A DNA stretch of 64,000 bases from the NCBI GenBank assembly GCA_051866635.1, contig JBJDXJ010000049.1:1-64000 (forward strand). The letters are read 5' to 3'. The position numbers and the translations under genes were made by a program. Position 1 is the first letter of the stretch. The number at the start of each line of letters is the position of its first letter. Shown here one piece after another: positions 10,986-21,064 of the stretch. This DNA is from Clostridia bacterium. Its GTDB lineage: Bacteria > Bacillota > Clostridia > UMGS1883. The notes beneath the pieces were generated by a model. It had not been told where the DNA came from and did not search any database. It saw only the letters and a program-made list of their open reading frames with translations.

Positions 10986-11016
10986 TTAAATCATTAACTG
11001 AATAAGTTTTGATTAT

Positions 11017-11052
11017 AAAACAAACCCGACCGTAAGGTTGGGTTTGTTTTTT
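11017..11052 (+). terminator. Intrinsic terminator of the S-layer gene
   Basis: aaaacaaacccgacc-gtaa-ggttgggtttgtttt followed by T-run. Confidence 0.85.
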
Positions 11053-11087
11053 ACATTATAGGAAATTCCTCATTTTCTATAATGTAA
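11051..11087. repeat. REP-like palindrome (family A, copy 1)
   Basis: ttacattataggaaat-tcctc-attttctataatgtaa; related copies at 35388 and 43962. Confidence 0.7.
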
Positions 11088-11175
11088 GACCACATGGGGA
11101 CAGCTCCCTTTTGGTAAAAACGGGTTCTTTGTTTTCGACCGCAGAAATGAGTTTATACTATGACAAAAAAACCGA

Positions 11176-11204
11176 TTGATTTTTCACACAATGTTTGATA
11201 TAAT
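11176..11204 (+). promoter_or_regulatory. Promoter of tRNA-Arg
   Basis: TTGATT-17-TATAAT, 14 nt upstream of the tRNA. Confidence 0.7.
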
Positions 11205-11218
11205 GGCAATGTATACAT

Positions 11219-11295
11219 GCGCTTGTAGCTCAGTGGATAGAGCACCGGCCTCCGACGCCGGGTTGTCGTAGGTTCGATTCCTATCAAGCGCGCCA
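11219..11295 (+). tRNA. tRNA-Arg(CCG)
   Basis: Cloverleaf: acceptor GCGCTTG/CAAGCGC, anticodon arm CCGGC-CTCCGAC-GCCGG, GGTTCGATTCC T-arm, encoded CCA. Confidence 0.95.
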
Positions 11296-11505
11296 GAAAA
11301 AACGACTTGTCGAAACAAGTCGTTTTTTCAACGAAATAAATCCTATCGGGTTTGTGAAATACCCTTCGGGCGTGAAATATTGCTATGCAATGTGAAATAC
11401 GCCTTGCGGCGTGTGGATTTATTTCATTTCACAGAAAGTGCAAACTTTTTATTTCACAATTTACGGAGTAAATTATTTCACATCAAGCTTAGCTTGATAT
11501 TTCAC
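11296..11505 (+). repeat. tRNA-fused hairpin-ladder element, full-length copy
   Basis: Terminator hairpin, then 3x GTGAAAT and 4x ATTTCAC spacers each separated by a short hairpin; homologous partial copy at 21894-22030. Confidence 0.8.
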
Positions 11506-11740
11506 TAAACAAAAATATCATTATATTTCTGCTTTCCAAAAAAATCCGTACACGATTAGTGTGTAAATTTTTTACTCATTCACTATTCTGGGAAAAATTA
11601 TTGTTTTCATTTAACAGTCAAATGAGAAAATCGAAGAAAAAACAGCAGTTTTCCCTTTACGAAAATTTATATTTATGATATACTGGTTATGAAGTTATAT
11701 TAGACAGTTATATCTATTTTTCCTCAAGGAGGGGTTATAC

Positions 11741-12745
11741 TTGAAAAAGATTATTGCACTGGTTGTGTCAGCACTTTTGGTTGTTTCCGGGGTCATGATA
11801 TATAGCACTTACGCAGACCGCAAGGCACAGTCGCAGAAACTTGAAGAGATAAGCAACCGCATTGTTCAGCTTAATATCAAAAAGAACAAGGCTGAAAAGG
11901 AAATGGCTCAGCTAAACAAAGAGCTTGAGGATGAGCTTCGAATAGGAAGTTATATGGTTTTGTTCTTTGACGATTTAACAGAAAATCTTTATACGGATAT
12001 ATATCCGCTTCTGGACAGCTACGGGCTTAAAGGTACTATTGTTATGAAAAACTCACTTATCCCCGGTGAAGCTGATGCCATATCGGTTGACCACTTTAAT
12101 ATGCTTTTAGATAAGGGATGGGACACTGCAATAGGCTGCAATGATGATATTAACATGGCGAAAGACGATGCCCCCGAGCTTTTGGGAAAATATCTGGATG
12201 AATACATAACAAAATTGGAAGAAGCGGATATTGAAATACCCTTAACCTTCTGTTTCGATGATGGCAGATATAGCAAAAGGTTTGAATCTGTGATAGGTGA
12301 ATACGGCTTTAAAGTAATTCGTCATTTCGGTGAAACAGGTGAGACTTATGCAAGTGCTATCAATGACGACGGCTTTTATTATGTAGGTTCCGGATGGTAT
12401 TGTGCAGGTGCCACAAAGCTGGAGGATTTGGTTGTGGCAGGTTACGAAAAACAATTGACATTCAGTGTGTCCACGCGACGTATTCAGAACAAAGTGGAAG
12501 CGGAAGAGAGTAATTATGACTGTACTACGGTAAAATACAAACGCATGTTATCATATTTTGAGGCAAACTGTCCCGATATGGAAGTGTGTACTGTAAGCGA
12601 GCTTTACGACAAGAAAAAGGAACAGCTAACTACCCTGCAAGGCGTTGTGGGTGAATATAATGTTAAAATTGCGGCTATTAAAAAAGAAATTGAGGAAATA
12701 GAAGACGAAATTAAAGAAATTACATCTGAGCTTTATCAGCATTAA
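11741..12745 (+). CDS. Membrane-anchored polysaccharide deacetylase-like protein with coiled coils
   Basis: N-terminal TM, coiled coil, NodB-like VLFFDD...YPLLDSYGLKGT; catalytic His motifs not evident. Confidence 0.6.
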   Translation: MKKIIALVVSALLVVSGVMIYSTYADRKAQSQKLEEISNRIVQLNIKKNKAEKEMAQLNKELEDELRIGSYMVLFFDDLTENLYTDIYPLLDSYGLKGTIVMKNSLIPGEADAISVDHFNMLLDKGWDTAIGCNDDINMAKDDAPELLGKYLDEYITKLEEADIEIPLTFCFDDGRYSKRFESVIGEYGFKVIRHFGETGETYASAINDDGFYYVGSGWYCAGATKLEDLVVAGYEKQLTFSVSTRRIQNKVEAEESNYDCTTVKYKRMLSYFEANCPDMEVCTVSELYDKKKEQLTTLQGVVGEYNVKIAAIKKEIEEIEDEIKEITSELYQH

Positions 12746-12952
12746 ACAGTGCAAATAAACGGGGCTGTAGCAAAACGATTTTTTAATCGGGTTGACTACA
12801 ACCCTGTTTTTACTTGAAGATTATTATCAGTGTTTGTTTAGGAATTTTTGTTTATACAAAAAGAAGCTCCCAATCTCGGGAACTTCTCTTATCTTTTTTG
12901 AACTGTTACTTCGCTACAGTACCTTGGATTTCACATCCGCAATAAAGACCTG

Positions 12953-13654
12953 TCAGCCATTCTCTTTTGTTATAGCGTCGCATGCTGTCTGTGCCGCCTG
13001 GACGCTTATGTTGCATTTTAATAAATACAGCGGAACCTCACTAAAAAGTTTATCTACAAATTCTGTCACCTTAATCATGGTTTTTGGTGATTTGGGAATA
13101 TAAACCTGTTTAAAAAGTGCTTTGTTAAATTTGTCCGCCGGAAGCTTTTCAATAACATTCTGCTCACCACGGGTTAAAAGAACAATGCCCTTTAATGGTG
13201 CGTGGGTGTTTTTATTATAATGCTCTTTTCCGCACCAAGGGGTACCGTATGCGATAAACTTACCGTCAACCAATCTTATTATAGGCTTATCCCCGTTTAT
13301 AATTGTTACACTATCACCAAAAAGCTCTTTCCACTGTCTTATATGTGTGGTTTTGCCTGTTCCGCTTGTTGCGGTAAACATGTACGCAGAGCCCTGAAAT
13401 TCAATTACCGCACCGTGCATCAAAATGCCGTCACGGTCTGATATGAAGTTACAAATAAGGCGGTACATTTCCAGATATTCCAGATAATAAACAGGTGATT
13501 TGGGATATTTTTTTGCCGCATCATCTAATATGCTGTCTGTTATTTCAAAATATTCATCCGCTTCTTCATCTGTCAGGTAGTCGGTCATAAACTGCTCTGA
13601 ATAGGGGTATTTGTTCTTTATGTCAAAAACGTAACCCGCTACTTTTATCCTCAC
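12953..13654 (-). CDS. HPr-kinase-like P-loop kinase (ScmC / lasso-peptide-kinase-like)
   Basis: HGAVI...FTATSGTGKTTH Walker A, INGDKP and GTPWCGKE; likely GTG start overlapping the upstream TAG. Confidence 0.75.
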   Translation of the reverse strand: MRIKVAGYVFDIKNKYPYSEQFMTDYLTDEEADEYFEITDSILDDAAKKYPKSPVYYLEYLEMYRLICNFISDRDGILMHGAVIEFQGSAYMFTATSGTGKTTHIRQWKELFGDSVTIINGDKPIIRLVDGKFIAYGTPWCGKEHYNKNTHAPLKGIVLLTRGEQNVIEKLPADKFNKALFKQVYIPKSPKTMIKVTEFVDKLFSEVPLYLLKCNISVQAAQTACDAITKENG

Positions 13655-15027
13655 TACAACCACCAATCCTTGGACAATGACAGTGCAGTGCCAGCCTCTG
13701 TTTCGCTATCGCCCTTTTCACCTGAACCATCATCAGAGGAGGCTTCATCATCTTCCTTGGGAAGTGTTGTTTCTTCATCTGTAACATCAGTTTCACTGTC
13801 GGAAGGAGCCTGGGGTTCTTCATCTGTAGAATCTGTTTCACTATCAGTAGGATATTGTGTTCCTTCCTCTGTAGAGTCTGTTTCGCTATCAGTAGGAGCC
13901 TCTGTTTCTTCTTCGGTAGAGTCTGTCTCGCTATCAGTAGGAGCCTGTGTTTCCTCTTCTGTAGAGTCTGTTTCTTTGTCAGTGGGAGCGTATGCCGGGT
14001 CATCTCCGTCATCTACGATAAAGTCTTCATCTTCACCGTCATAACCGCCGCCTTCACCTCCGCTGTTGCCGCCGTCGGGTCTCCATCCGTCGTCAAAGGG
14101 GTCATCAATAACGTTATCCTTATCGTTGTCAATAGGTCCGTCATAGTCGCCGTAATCGGGCTCTGTAGGCTCGGAAGTCGGAGGTTCTGTAGGCTCGTAA
14201 GTAGGAGCCTCTGTAGGTTCTTCTGTGGGTGCCTCGGTTGGCTCCTCATTGTCCTCGTCGTCTTTGTTGTTATTATTGCCACCACCGCCTGAGGGGCGTG
14301 AAGTAGAGGAGGATACCTTACCTGTTGCCCAGTCGGTGGAGTTCCTGTCCTGATATGCAGTAACCTTTGTGTAGCTTGTGCCGTCGGGAAGAATACCTAA
14401 AGCAAGCTGCATTGCTTCCTGTGCGGCTTTAGCCTTAAGGTCTGTAAATTCTGTAGCAGATTCCGTTGCACCTTCTGTATAAGGTTCTGTTGCACTTTCT
14501 GTAGGCGTTGTACTGCTCTCAGATGCGTAATTGTAAATATATGTAACAACGTTCTGCCTTGTGGCTGTCTTTTCGCCACCCTCAACAGTGGTAACCTTTG
14601 TTAAATCAGTACCTAAAGCACGGCTTATATAACCCATAGCCTCCTCCACCGAAAGAACCTTTTTGGGGTTCAAACAGGAATTTTCATCGGGAGTTATAAA
14701 GCCTGATGCTACAGCTTGGGAAAAAGTTTCGTAGTACCAGTCTGACTGTGAAATGTCTGTAACCTTTGTCAAATCGGCATTTTCACTGCCGAAGGGCTTA
14801 ACGCGGGAAATAAATGTAAGTGTTTCTGCCAGCGTTACAGGGCTGTCAAGTGCAAGCTTCCCGTCGGTGCCTGTAATAATTTTGTTGTTTATGGCATATT
14901 CAACTGCCGGATAATCGGGATGCTCCTTTTGGGGCATATCGGAAAAGCCTTGTGCAAAGGCTGTCATTGAGCCTATCAGCACAAAAACCGATGTGAGTAA
15001 TGCAAATTTCTTTTTCAAAATATTCAC
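13654..15027 (-). CDS. SLH-domain surface protein with acidic Pro/Thr/Ser-rich repeat tail
   Basis: Signal peptide, SLH-like segments (FSDMP...VTLAETL; DWYY...), EPTEAPT and APTDSETDSTEEETQ repeats. Confidence 0.8.
   Translation of the reverse strand: MNILKKKFALLTSVFVLIGSMTAFAQGFSDMPQKEHPDYPAVEYAINNKIITGTDGKLALDSPVTLAETLTFISRVKPFGSENADLTKVTDISQSDWYYETFSQAVASGFITPDENSCLNPKKVLSVEEAMGYISRALGTDLTKVTTVEGGEKTATRQNVVTYIYNYASESSTTPTESATEPYTEGATESATEFTDLKAKAAQEAMQLALGILPDGTSYTKVTAYQDRNSTDWATGKVSSSTSRPSGGGGNNNNKDDEDNEEPTEAPTEEPTEAPTYEPTEPPTSEPTEPDYGDYDGPIDNDKDNVIDDPFDDGWRPDGGNSGGEGGGYDGEDEDFIVDDGDDPAYAPTDKETDSTEEETQAPTDSETDSTEEETEAPTDSETDSTEEGTQYPTDSETDSTDEEPQAPSDSETDVTDEETTLPKEDDEASSDDGSGEKGDSETEAGTALSLSKDWWL
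13765..13989 (-). repeat. Intragenic tandem repeat, 5 x 45 bp (15 aa)
   Basis: APTDKETDSTEEETQ / APTDSETDSTEEETE / APTDSETDSTEEGTQ / YPTDSETDSTDEEPQ / APSDSETDVTDEETT. Confidence 0.9.
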
Positions 15028-15106
15028 CTCATATGTGTATGATTAATAAACTACAAAGTTATACACGATAATAATACCATAGAAAAGAGAAATAATCAAT
15101 ACAAAT

Positions 15107-16183
15107 CTACTTTATATTCTGATATTTTTCCAGAAAGTTTTTGGCAATAATTGCAATAACGGGACCTAAAATCATTCCGAACATGCCTATTGTTCGAAAG
15201 CCCACATACATGGAGAAAATTGTAAGCAAAGGATGTATGCCGATTTGTGACGACAGTATTTTCGGTTCCAGAAACTGGCGGACGATAAGGCATACAACAT
15301 ATATAATTGCAAGGCCCACCGCAAGTTGGAAATTCCCCGTGATAAGCGACAAAATTGCCCATGGAATCACTATTGTGCCTGTCCCGAAAACGGGGATTGC
15401 ATCAACAAGTGCAATTATAATTGCAAAAAGGAAACTGTATTTTACACCTAAAATCGACAATCCGATAAATACCTCAACAAAGGTAATGCACATCAAAATG
15501 CCCTGTGCCCTGATATACGCAAATGCGGCATTTGACAAATCACGTTTCATTTCGGATGCTTTTGAATATATGTTTTCACCCACTATGCCTTTTAAGGCTG
15601 CTTTGACTTTTTTGCTGTCGCATATTAAAAAGTACGATGCCAGAATTGAAAAAACCACAGAAACAAGCACCGATGGTATATGCTTTGCCGTATTTATGGT
15701 AGCAACCGTTATAAATTCCACCACCGTGGAGGAAAGTGAAGTGACGGCTTTTCCTATGGCATCAATAATATCAGGTGTATGTGGGAAAAGCTCAACGGGA
15801 AGCAGCTCAAACATATTTGACATTTTGCCCTGAAATGCCCATAGTGTTTCGCTTACGGATTGGTATAATTCGGGAAGTGCCTGTGAAAAGGTGTATATTT
15901 CGTCCACAACCTTGCCCACAATTGCCGCCGTGACACCGAAAAGTACCCCTGCAACAAGAAGTATGGAAATAATTGCACTTAGCATGGAAGGCATGTGTGC
16001 CTTTCTTAAAAGCCTTGTGACAGGGGACGCCACAAGATAGATAATATAGGCAACTATAAATGGAAGGGTAAGTGCAAAAACCTTGGGGATAAGATAAAAC
16101 CCCAAAATACATCCGCCTATAAGTATGGTGGTTATTACTAATTTCTTGGCAATAAGCTCCGCTTTCAGCCATTTTTCGCTCAT
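15107..16183 (-). CDS. ytvI: Sporulation integral membrane protein YtvI (AI-2E family)
   Basis: LPFIVAY, DAIPVFGTG...PW and RQFLEPKILSSQIGIHPL motifs. Confidence 0.9.
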   Translation of the reverse strand: MSEKWLKAELIAKKLVITTILIGGCILGFYLIPKVFALTLPFIVAYIIYLVASPVTRLLRKAHMPSMLSAIISILLVAGVLFGVTAAIVGKVVDEIYTFSQALPELYQSVSETLWAFQGKMSNMFELLPVELFPHTPDIIDAIGKAVTSLSSTVVEFITVATINTAKHIPSVLVSVVFSILASYFLICDSKKVKAALKGIVGENIYSKASEMKRDLSNAAFAYIRAQGILMCITFVEVFIGLSILGVKYSFLFAIIIALVDAIPVFGTGTIVIPWAILSLITGNFQLAVGLAIIYVVCLIVRQFLEPKILSSQIGIHPLLTIFSMYVGFRTIGMFGMILGPVIAIIAKNFLEKYQNIK

Positions 16184-16298
16184 GATAACACCTCCGTACG
16201 GTTATATTATATCAAAAAAATATAAAAGTAAATGTTTAGTATAAATTGTTTACAAAAAAGACAAAATACCAGTATCATACCAAAAGGGGAACGAGTCT

Positions 16299-17612
16299 TT
16301 GAAAAATACATCTACAAAACATTATATTTCTTATTCCGTGCTTATACTTATGGTTATTTTCGCTTTTTCATTTGCAATATATAAGGACGAAAAAAGTGAA
16401 AACTACGCCCATCAGATAAGCATGGACTATCAACGCTGTTTTACGGAGCTGGTACAGTATGTGGACGATTTAAACCTTAGTCTGGAAAAAAGCAAGTTTG
16501 TAAACGACCCCAAGCAAATGATTCGTCTGTCGGGTGAAATTTATCGCCAGGCATCGGAGGCAACGGCAAATCTGGGGCTTCTGCCTTTAAAAACAGAACC
16601 CTTGGAGCATCTTACGGAGTTTTTCTCTCAGGCAGGAAACTACGCATACTCCCTCTCTTTGAAAATGCTTGACGGCCAGGAGATAACAGAACAGGAATAC
16701 AAAAACCTTACCGATTTGTCACGCTATGCTTCTGTTGTTGCCCGGTCTCTCGACAAGGATTTGGAAGCCTTGTACAACGGAACACTTCAGATAATGGACG
16801 TTGGGAAAAGCACAAGTGCCATGGGCGTTGACTATGTTTTGGGGGAAGTAAACGACCAGCTTCACGACTATCCCGCACTTATATATGACGGACCTTTTTC
16901 CGCACATCTTACTGACAAAAAGCCCATTTTTATCCAAGAAGCTGAAGAGATAAGTCCCGAAGAGGCAATAAACCGAGGAAAAAATGTTGTAGGAAGCGAT
17001 ATGAATTTTGAAATTATAGAAGAAAAGGGCACAATACCTACCTATTATCTGTCTGGGGGAGAGGTCAGTTTTGCCTTTACAAAACAGGGCGGATGCCTTC
17101 TGTACTTCCTAAACGACAGGGAAATCGGAGATATAAAATACGACATGGGAACAGCCAAAATGAACGCCTCTGAATTTCTGAAAGCACAGGGCTTTGAAAA
17201 CATGGTCGAAAACTATTACGAAATAACGGGGAATGTGGCAGTTATAAATTTTGCACCAAAACAGGACGGATACACACTTTATCCCGATTTGGTAAAGGTT
17301 AAAGTTGCCCTTGATACAGGGGAAGTGATAGGGTGCGAATCAAGAGGGTATATAATGAGCCACACACACCGTGAAATCCCAAATGTAAAAATAACCCCCG
17401 AAGAAGCGAAGGCAAAAATTAACCCAAACGTTACGGTAAGCTCCGTAAGCCTTGCACTTATCCCCCTTGAGGACGGTACCGAGGAGTTTTGCTGGCAGAT
17501 TGAAGGCAAGAGCGGGCAAAGGCGTTGCCTTATATATGTGAACACCCAAAGCGGTGCAGAGGAAAAAATACTCATTCTTATAGAATCGGAAACAGGCACT
17601 CTTGCAGTGTAA
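16299..17612 (+). CDS. ypeB: Germination protein YpeB (PepSY domains)
   Basis: YQRCF, YPALIYDGPFSAH and YPDLVKVKVALDTGE motifs. Confidence 0.92.
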   Translation: MKNTSTKHYISYSVLILMVIFAFSFAIYKDEKSENYAHQISMDYQRCFTELVQYVDDLNLSLEKSKFVNDPKQMIRLSGEIYRQASEATANLGLLPLKTEPLEHLTEFFSQAGNYAYSLSLKMLDGQEITEQEYKNLTDLSRYASVVARSLDKDLEALYNGTLQIMDVGKSTSAMGVDYVLGEVNDQLHDYPALIYDGPFSAHLTDKKPIFIQEAEEISPEEAINRGKNVVGSDMNFEIIEEKGTIPTYYLSGGEVSFAFTKQGGCLLYFLNDREIGDIKYDMGTAKMNASEFLKAQGFENMVENYYEITGNVAVINFAPKQDGYTLYPDLVKVKVALDTGEVIGCESRGYIMSHTHREIPNVKITPEEAKAKINPNVTVSSVSLALIPLEDGTEEFCWQIEGKSGQRRCLIYVNTQSGAEEKILILIESETGTLAV

Positions 17613-17876
17613 GTAAATTTAAAAAGCGGAATTTTGAAGGATTGTGAAAAGTTCTTGAAAAATCCGCTTTTTTCCTATATAATTGTACCGAAAAGTGAAA
17701 ATAAGTAAAAAATTCAATAAAATGCGAAAAAATTTCAAAAAAGGTCTTGACTTGACCTTAAAATGATGATATATTTACTGTACCTCGCATGGGCAGGTTT
17801 TTTTTATGTGCGAAAAAATAGGGCCTGTACCCGGCAAAGAGGGAGTCGATAAAATTAAACTGGGAGGTGCGACGCC

Positions 17877-18026
17877 GTGAGAGTAAAGATTACAATGGAA
17901 TGCTCCGAGTGCAAGCAGAGAAATTACGACACAATGAAGAATAAGAAGAATGACCCCGAAAGACTTGAAATGAACAAGTACTGCCGTTTCTGTCGCAAGC
18001 ACACAATGCATAAGGAAACAAAGTAA
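17877..18026 (+). CDS. rpmG: 50S ribosomal protein L33 (Zn-ribbon form); absent from the ORF track
   Basis: GTG start after GGAGGT; [49 protein letters not shown]. Confidence 0.97.
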   Translation: MRVKITMECSECKQRNYDTMKNKKNDPERLEMNKYCRFCRKHTMHKETK

Positions 18027-18050
18027 ATCGAAAAGGGATAGGTGACTGAG

Positions 18051-18392
18051 ATGGCTGATAATCAGAAAAAGGATAATTTCTTTAAGAGAGCCGCAAAGGC
18101 TATTGCAACTTATGCAAAAGCTACAAAGTCAGAAGTCAAGAAGATAAGCTGGCCTACACGTAAGCAACTTGTAAATAATACTGCTATCGTTATCGTATGT
18201 ATCTGCATAGTAGGTGTTATGATTTTTATACTTGACTCTGTTTTCGGTTTTGGTTTCAACTTCTTGAACAACAAGAAGCTTGTGTCTGATGCGGAACCTA
18301 TAGAAATTAGCACAGATATTTATGAAGATGCTACAGACTACGTTTTAGACGACATGGTAGACGTTGAATATTCATCAGATATTGCTGAATAA
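18051..18392 (+). CDS. secE: Preprotein translocase SecE
   Basis: KSEVKKISWPTRKQL + TM; between rpmG and nusG; acidic C-terminal extension. Confidence 0.92.
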   Translation: MADNQKKDNFFKRAAKAIATYAKATKSEVKKISWPTRKQLVNNTAIVIVCICIVGVMIFILDSVFGFGFNFLNNKKLVSDAEPIEISTDIYEDATDYVLDDMVDVEYSSDIAE

Positions 18393-18431
18393 TTCATGCT
18401 GTAGTAAAATTTTACAGGAGGAGGTTCGGTT

Positions 18432-18962
18432 ATGAGCAGTGCGGGTGAATTTAAGTGGTATGTCGCTCATACCTATGCAGGATATGAGAACAAAGTAAAA
18501 GACAATATCGAAAAAACCGTTGAAAATCGTAACCTTCATGATTTGATTGCCGATGTCTGCATCCCTATGGAGGATGTAGTTGAGGTTAAAGACTCCGGTG
18601 AAAAGAAAGTTGTTTCAAGGAAAGTTTTCCCCGGATATGTCTTTGTGAAAATGATTATGACAAACGACAGCTGGTACGTGGTGAGAAATACTCGCGGCTG
18701 TACAGGCTTTGTCGGCCCTGAATCCAAGCCTGTTCCTTTGACGGAAAGCGAAGTTTATTCACTTGGAGTTGAAAAGGTAGAGGTTAACATTGACTTTGAA
18801 GTGGGCGATTCTGTCCGTATTTCAGAGGGCAGCATGGAAGGCTTCATGGGTGAAATTCGTGCTATCGATAAGGAAAGACTTAAGATTACCGTTATGGTAA
18901 CTATGTTCGGTGGCAGAGAAATGGAGCTCGAAGTTGATTTGAATCAGGTGGAAGCTCTGTAA
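18432..18962 (+). CDS. nusG: Transcription factor NusG
   Basis: WYVAHTYAGYENKVK, FPGYVFV, KOW domain. Confidence 0.97.
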   Translation: MSSAGEFKWYVAHTYAGYENKVKDNIEKTVENRNLHDLIADVCIPMEDVVEVKDSGEKKVVSRKVFPGYVFVKMIMTNDSWYVVRNTRGCTGFVGPESKPVPLTESEVYSLGVEKVEVNIDFEVGDSVRISEGSMEGFMGEIRAIDKERLKITVMVTMFGGREMELEVDLNQVEAL

Positions 18963-19013
18963 AATTGCTTTTGACAGACTTTGTCTGTTGATTTAAAATC
19001 GGGCTTTGCCCGA

Positions 19014-19046
19014 GTGGGAGGATGGTTCTCATCCGCCAATTACCAC
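19014..19046 (+). promoter_or_regulatory. L1-binding leader upstream of rplK
   Basis: gtgggagg...ccgccaattaccac; same architecture as the site before rplA. Confidence 0.65.
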
Positions 19047-19071
19047 ATTTTATCTAAGGAGGTGCACAACC

Positions 19072-19497
19072 ATGGCACAGAAAATTACCGGTTATATAAA
19101 ATTGCAGATTCCTGCAGGAAAGGCGACTCCTGCTCCCCCTGTTGGTCCGGCTCTCGGTCAGCACGGTGTAAACATTGTTCAGTTTACAAAGGAATTCAAC
19201 GAAAGAACAGCTAAAGATGCAGGTCTTGTTATCCCTGTTGTTATCACAGTGTATGCCGACAGATCTTTCTCTTTCATTACAAAGACTCCCCCGGCTGCAG
19301 TTCTTATTAAGAAGGCTTGTAAGATTGAAAGCGGTAGTGGCGTTCCCAACAAGAACAAGGTAGCTACACTTTCCAAGGCAGACCTTAAGGCTATTGCTGA
19401 ACAGAAAATGCCCGACCTTAACGCTGCAAGCGTTGAAGCGGCTATGAGCATGATTGCTGGTACAGCAAGAAGCATGGGCGTTTTGATTGAAGAATAA
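19072..19497 (+). CDS. rplK: 50S ribosomal protein L11
   Basis: [23 protein letters not shown]. Confidence 0.98.
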   Translation: MAQKITGYIKLQIPAGKATPAPPVGPALGQHGVNIVQFTKEFNERTAKDAGLVIPVVITVYADRSFSFITKTPPAAVLIKKACKIESGSGVPNKNKVATLSKADLKAIAEQKMPDLNAASVEAAMSMIAGTARSMGVLIEE

Positions 19498-19511
19498 GAG
19501 AAACTTATTAA

Positions 19512-19539
19512 GTGGGAGGAATATTGTTCCGTTAACCAC
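19512..19539 (+). promoter_or_regulatory. L1-binding leader upstream of rplA
   Basis: gtgggaggaa...ttccgttaaccac abutting the rplA RBS. Confidence 0.65.
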
Positions 19540-19555
19540 AAGGAGGTAAATTCGT

Positions 19556-20245
19556 ATGAAACATGGTAAGAAATATAATGAGAGTGTAAAGCTCATCGAA
19601 AAAGGTGCGCAGTACTCTCCCGCAGAAGCTCTTGATCTTGCCGTAAAGACAGCAGGTGCTAAGTTCGATGAAACAATCGAAGCTCATATCAAGCTTGGTG
19701 TTGACTCCCGTCACGCTGACCAGCAGGTAAGAGGCGCTGTTGTTCTTCCTAACGGTACAGGTAAGAAGGTTAGAGTTCTTGTATTCGCAAAGGGTGCAAA
19801 GGCTGATGAAGCTGAAGCAGCAGGTGCAGATTACGTAGGTGAAGAATACATCACAAAGATTCAGGAAGGCTGGCTCGACTTTGACGTAGCTGTTGCTACT
19901 CCTGACATGATGGGCGTTGTTGGTAAGATTGCCCGTGTACTTGGTCCTAAGGGTCTTATGCCCAACCCCAAGGCAGGCACTGTTACTATGGATGTTGCTA
20001 AGGCAATTGCTGAGCTTAAGGCAGGTAAGATTGAATACCGTCTTGATAAGACAAACATCATCCACTGCCCCATCGGTAAGAAGTCTTTCGGCGTTGAAAA
20101 ACTCCAGGAAAACTTCAACACACTTCTTGGTGCTGTTATTAAGGCTAAGCCCGCAGCTGCTAAGGGTCAGTACCTTAAGAGCGTTACTGTTGCAAGCACA
20201 ATGGGCCCCGGCGTAAAGGTTGCTACAAACAAGATTGAACAGTAA
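19556..20245 (+). CDS. rplA: 50S ribosomal protein L1
   Basis: [22 protein letters not shown] and STMGPG. Confidence 0.98.
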   Translation: MKHGKKYNESVKLIEKGAQYSPAEALDLAVKTAGAKFDETIEAHIKLGVDSRHADQQVRGAVVLPNGTGKKVRVLVFAKGAKADEAEAAGADYVGEEYITKIQEGWLDFDVAVATPDMMGVVGKIARVLGPKGLMPNPKAGTVTMDVAKAIAELKAGKIEYRLDKTNIIHCPIGKKSFGVEKLQENFNTLLGAVIKAKPAAAKGQYLKSVTVASTMGPGVKVATNKIEQ

Positions 20246-20318
20246 TTGAAAAAGTTCTTGACAAACCTCTTTTGAGGTGTTAAGATATACAAGAAGTTTT
20301 TAAAACTTCATTCCGTTT

Positions 20319-20394
20319 CCATAGACAGCGGGCATAAAGATAAGCCCCGCCGAGGAACCTATTTAAGGTTTTTAAAGGTTTTTTGCGTCTATGG
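20319..20394 (+). promoter_or_regulatory. L10 leader RNA
   Basis: ccatagacagcgggc...ccccgccgagg...gcgtctatgg, typical L10-leader architecture upstream of rplJ. Confidence 0.75.
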
Positions 20395-20438
20395 GCAAAA
20401 AACCTTTTTTTCAATATTTGGTATGGAGAGGTGATATA

Positions 20439-21026
20439 ATGCCAAGCGCAAAGATTCTCGAAGCTAAGAAGCAGGCAGTTGAAGAAATTAAGGCAACCCT
20501 CACAAAGGCTGTTGCAGGCGTTTTCGTTGACTACTGCGGTCTTACAGTTGAACAGGATACTAAGCTCCGTAACAAGCTCAGAGAAGCTAACGTAGAGTAC
20601 AAGGTTGTTAAGAACACTCTTACAAGATTTGCAGCCCAGGAAGTTGGTCTTGAAGGTCTTGACGAAATTCTTAACGGTCCCACAGCTCTCGCTATCAGCG
20701 AAACTGATGAAGTTATTGCAGCTAAGGTACTTGCTGATTTCGCAAAGGAAAATGAAGCTCTCGAAATTAAGTCCGGCTTCCTTGAAGGTAAGGTTGTTTC
20801 CGTAGACGAAGTTAAGAAGCTTGCTGACACACCCAGCCGTGAAGTTCTTATTGCTAAGTTGATGGGTAGCATGAACTCTCCCATTTCTGCTCTTGCAAGA
20901 ACATTACAGGCTCTTGTTGACAACGGTGTTGAACCCGCTGACATCAAGGTTGAAAAGGAAGAAGCTCCCGAAAATGTGGAAGCTGCTCCCGCAGAAGAAG
21001 CTACAGAAGCTCCTGCTGCTGAATAA
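20439..21026 (+). CDS. rplJ: 50S ribosomal protein L10
   Basis: DYCGLTV, KVVKNTL and GPTA; start reassigned to ATG 20439 after GGAGAGGTG. Confidence 0.97.
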   Translation: MPSAKILEAKKQAVEEIKATLTKAVAGVFVDYCGLTVEQDTKLRNKLREANVEYKVVKNTLTRFAAQEVGLEGLDEILNGPTALAISETDEVIAAKVLADFAKENEALEIKSGFLEGKVVSVDEVKKLADTPSREVLIAKLMGSMNSPISALARTLQALVDNGVEPADIKVEKEEAPENVEAAPAEEATEAPAAE

Positions 21027-21064
21027 TTGAAATTAATAAAACCATTAAATGGAGGTAAATTAAA

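Noticed and set aside
11330-11505. CRISPR array
   Set aside because: Repeats are only 7 bp, switch orientation midway, the spacers are self-complementary hairpins, and no cas genes are in the window
12792-13103. 103-aa ORF overlapping the kinase 3' end
   Set aside because: Spans terminator and repeat sequence antisense to a real gene
13765-14245. Tandem repeats as a CRISPR or non-coding array
   Set aside because: They are in-frame 45-bp and 24-bp coding repeats of the SLH protein linker
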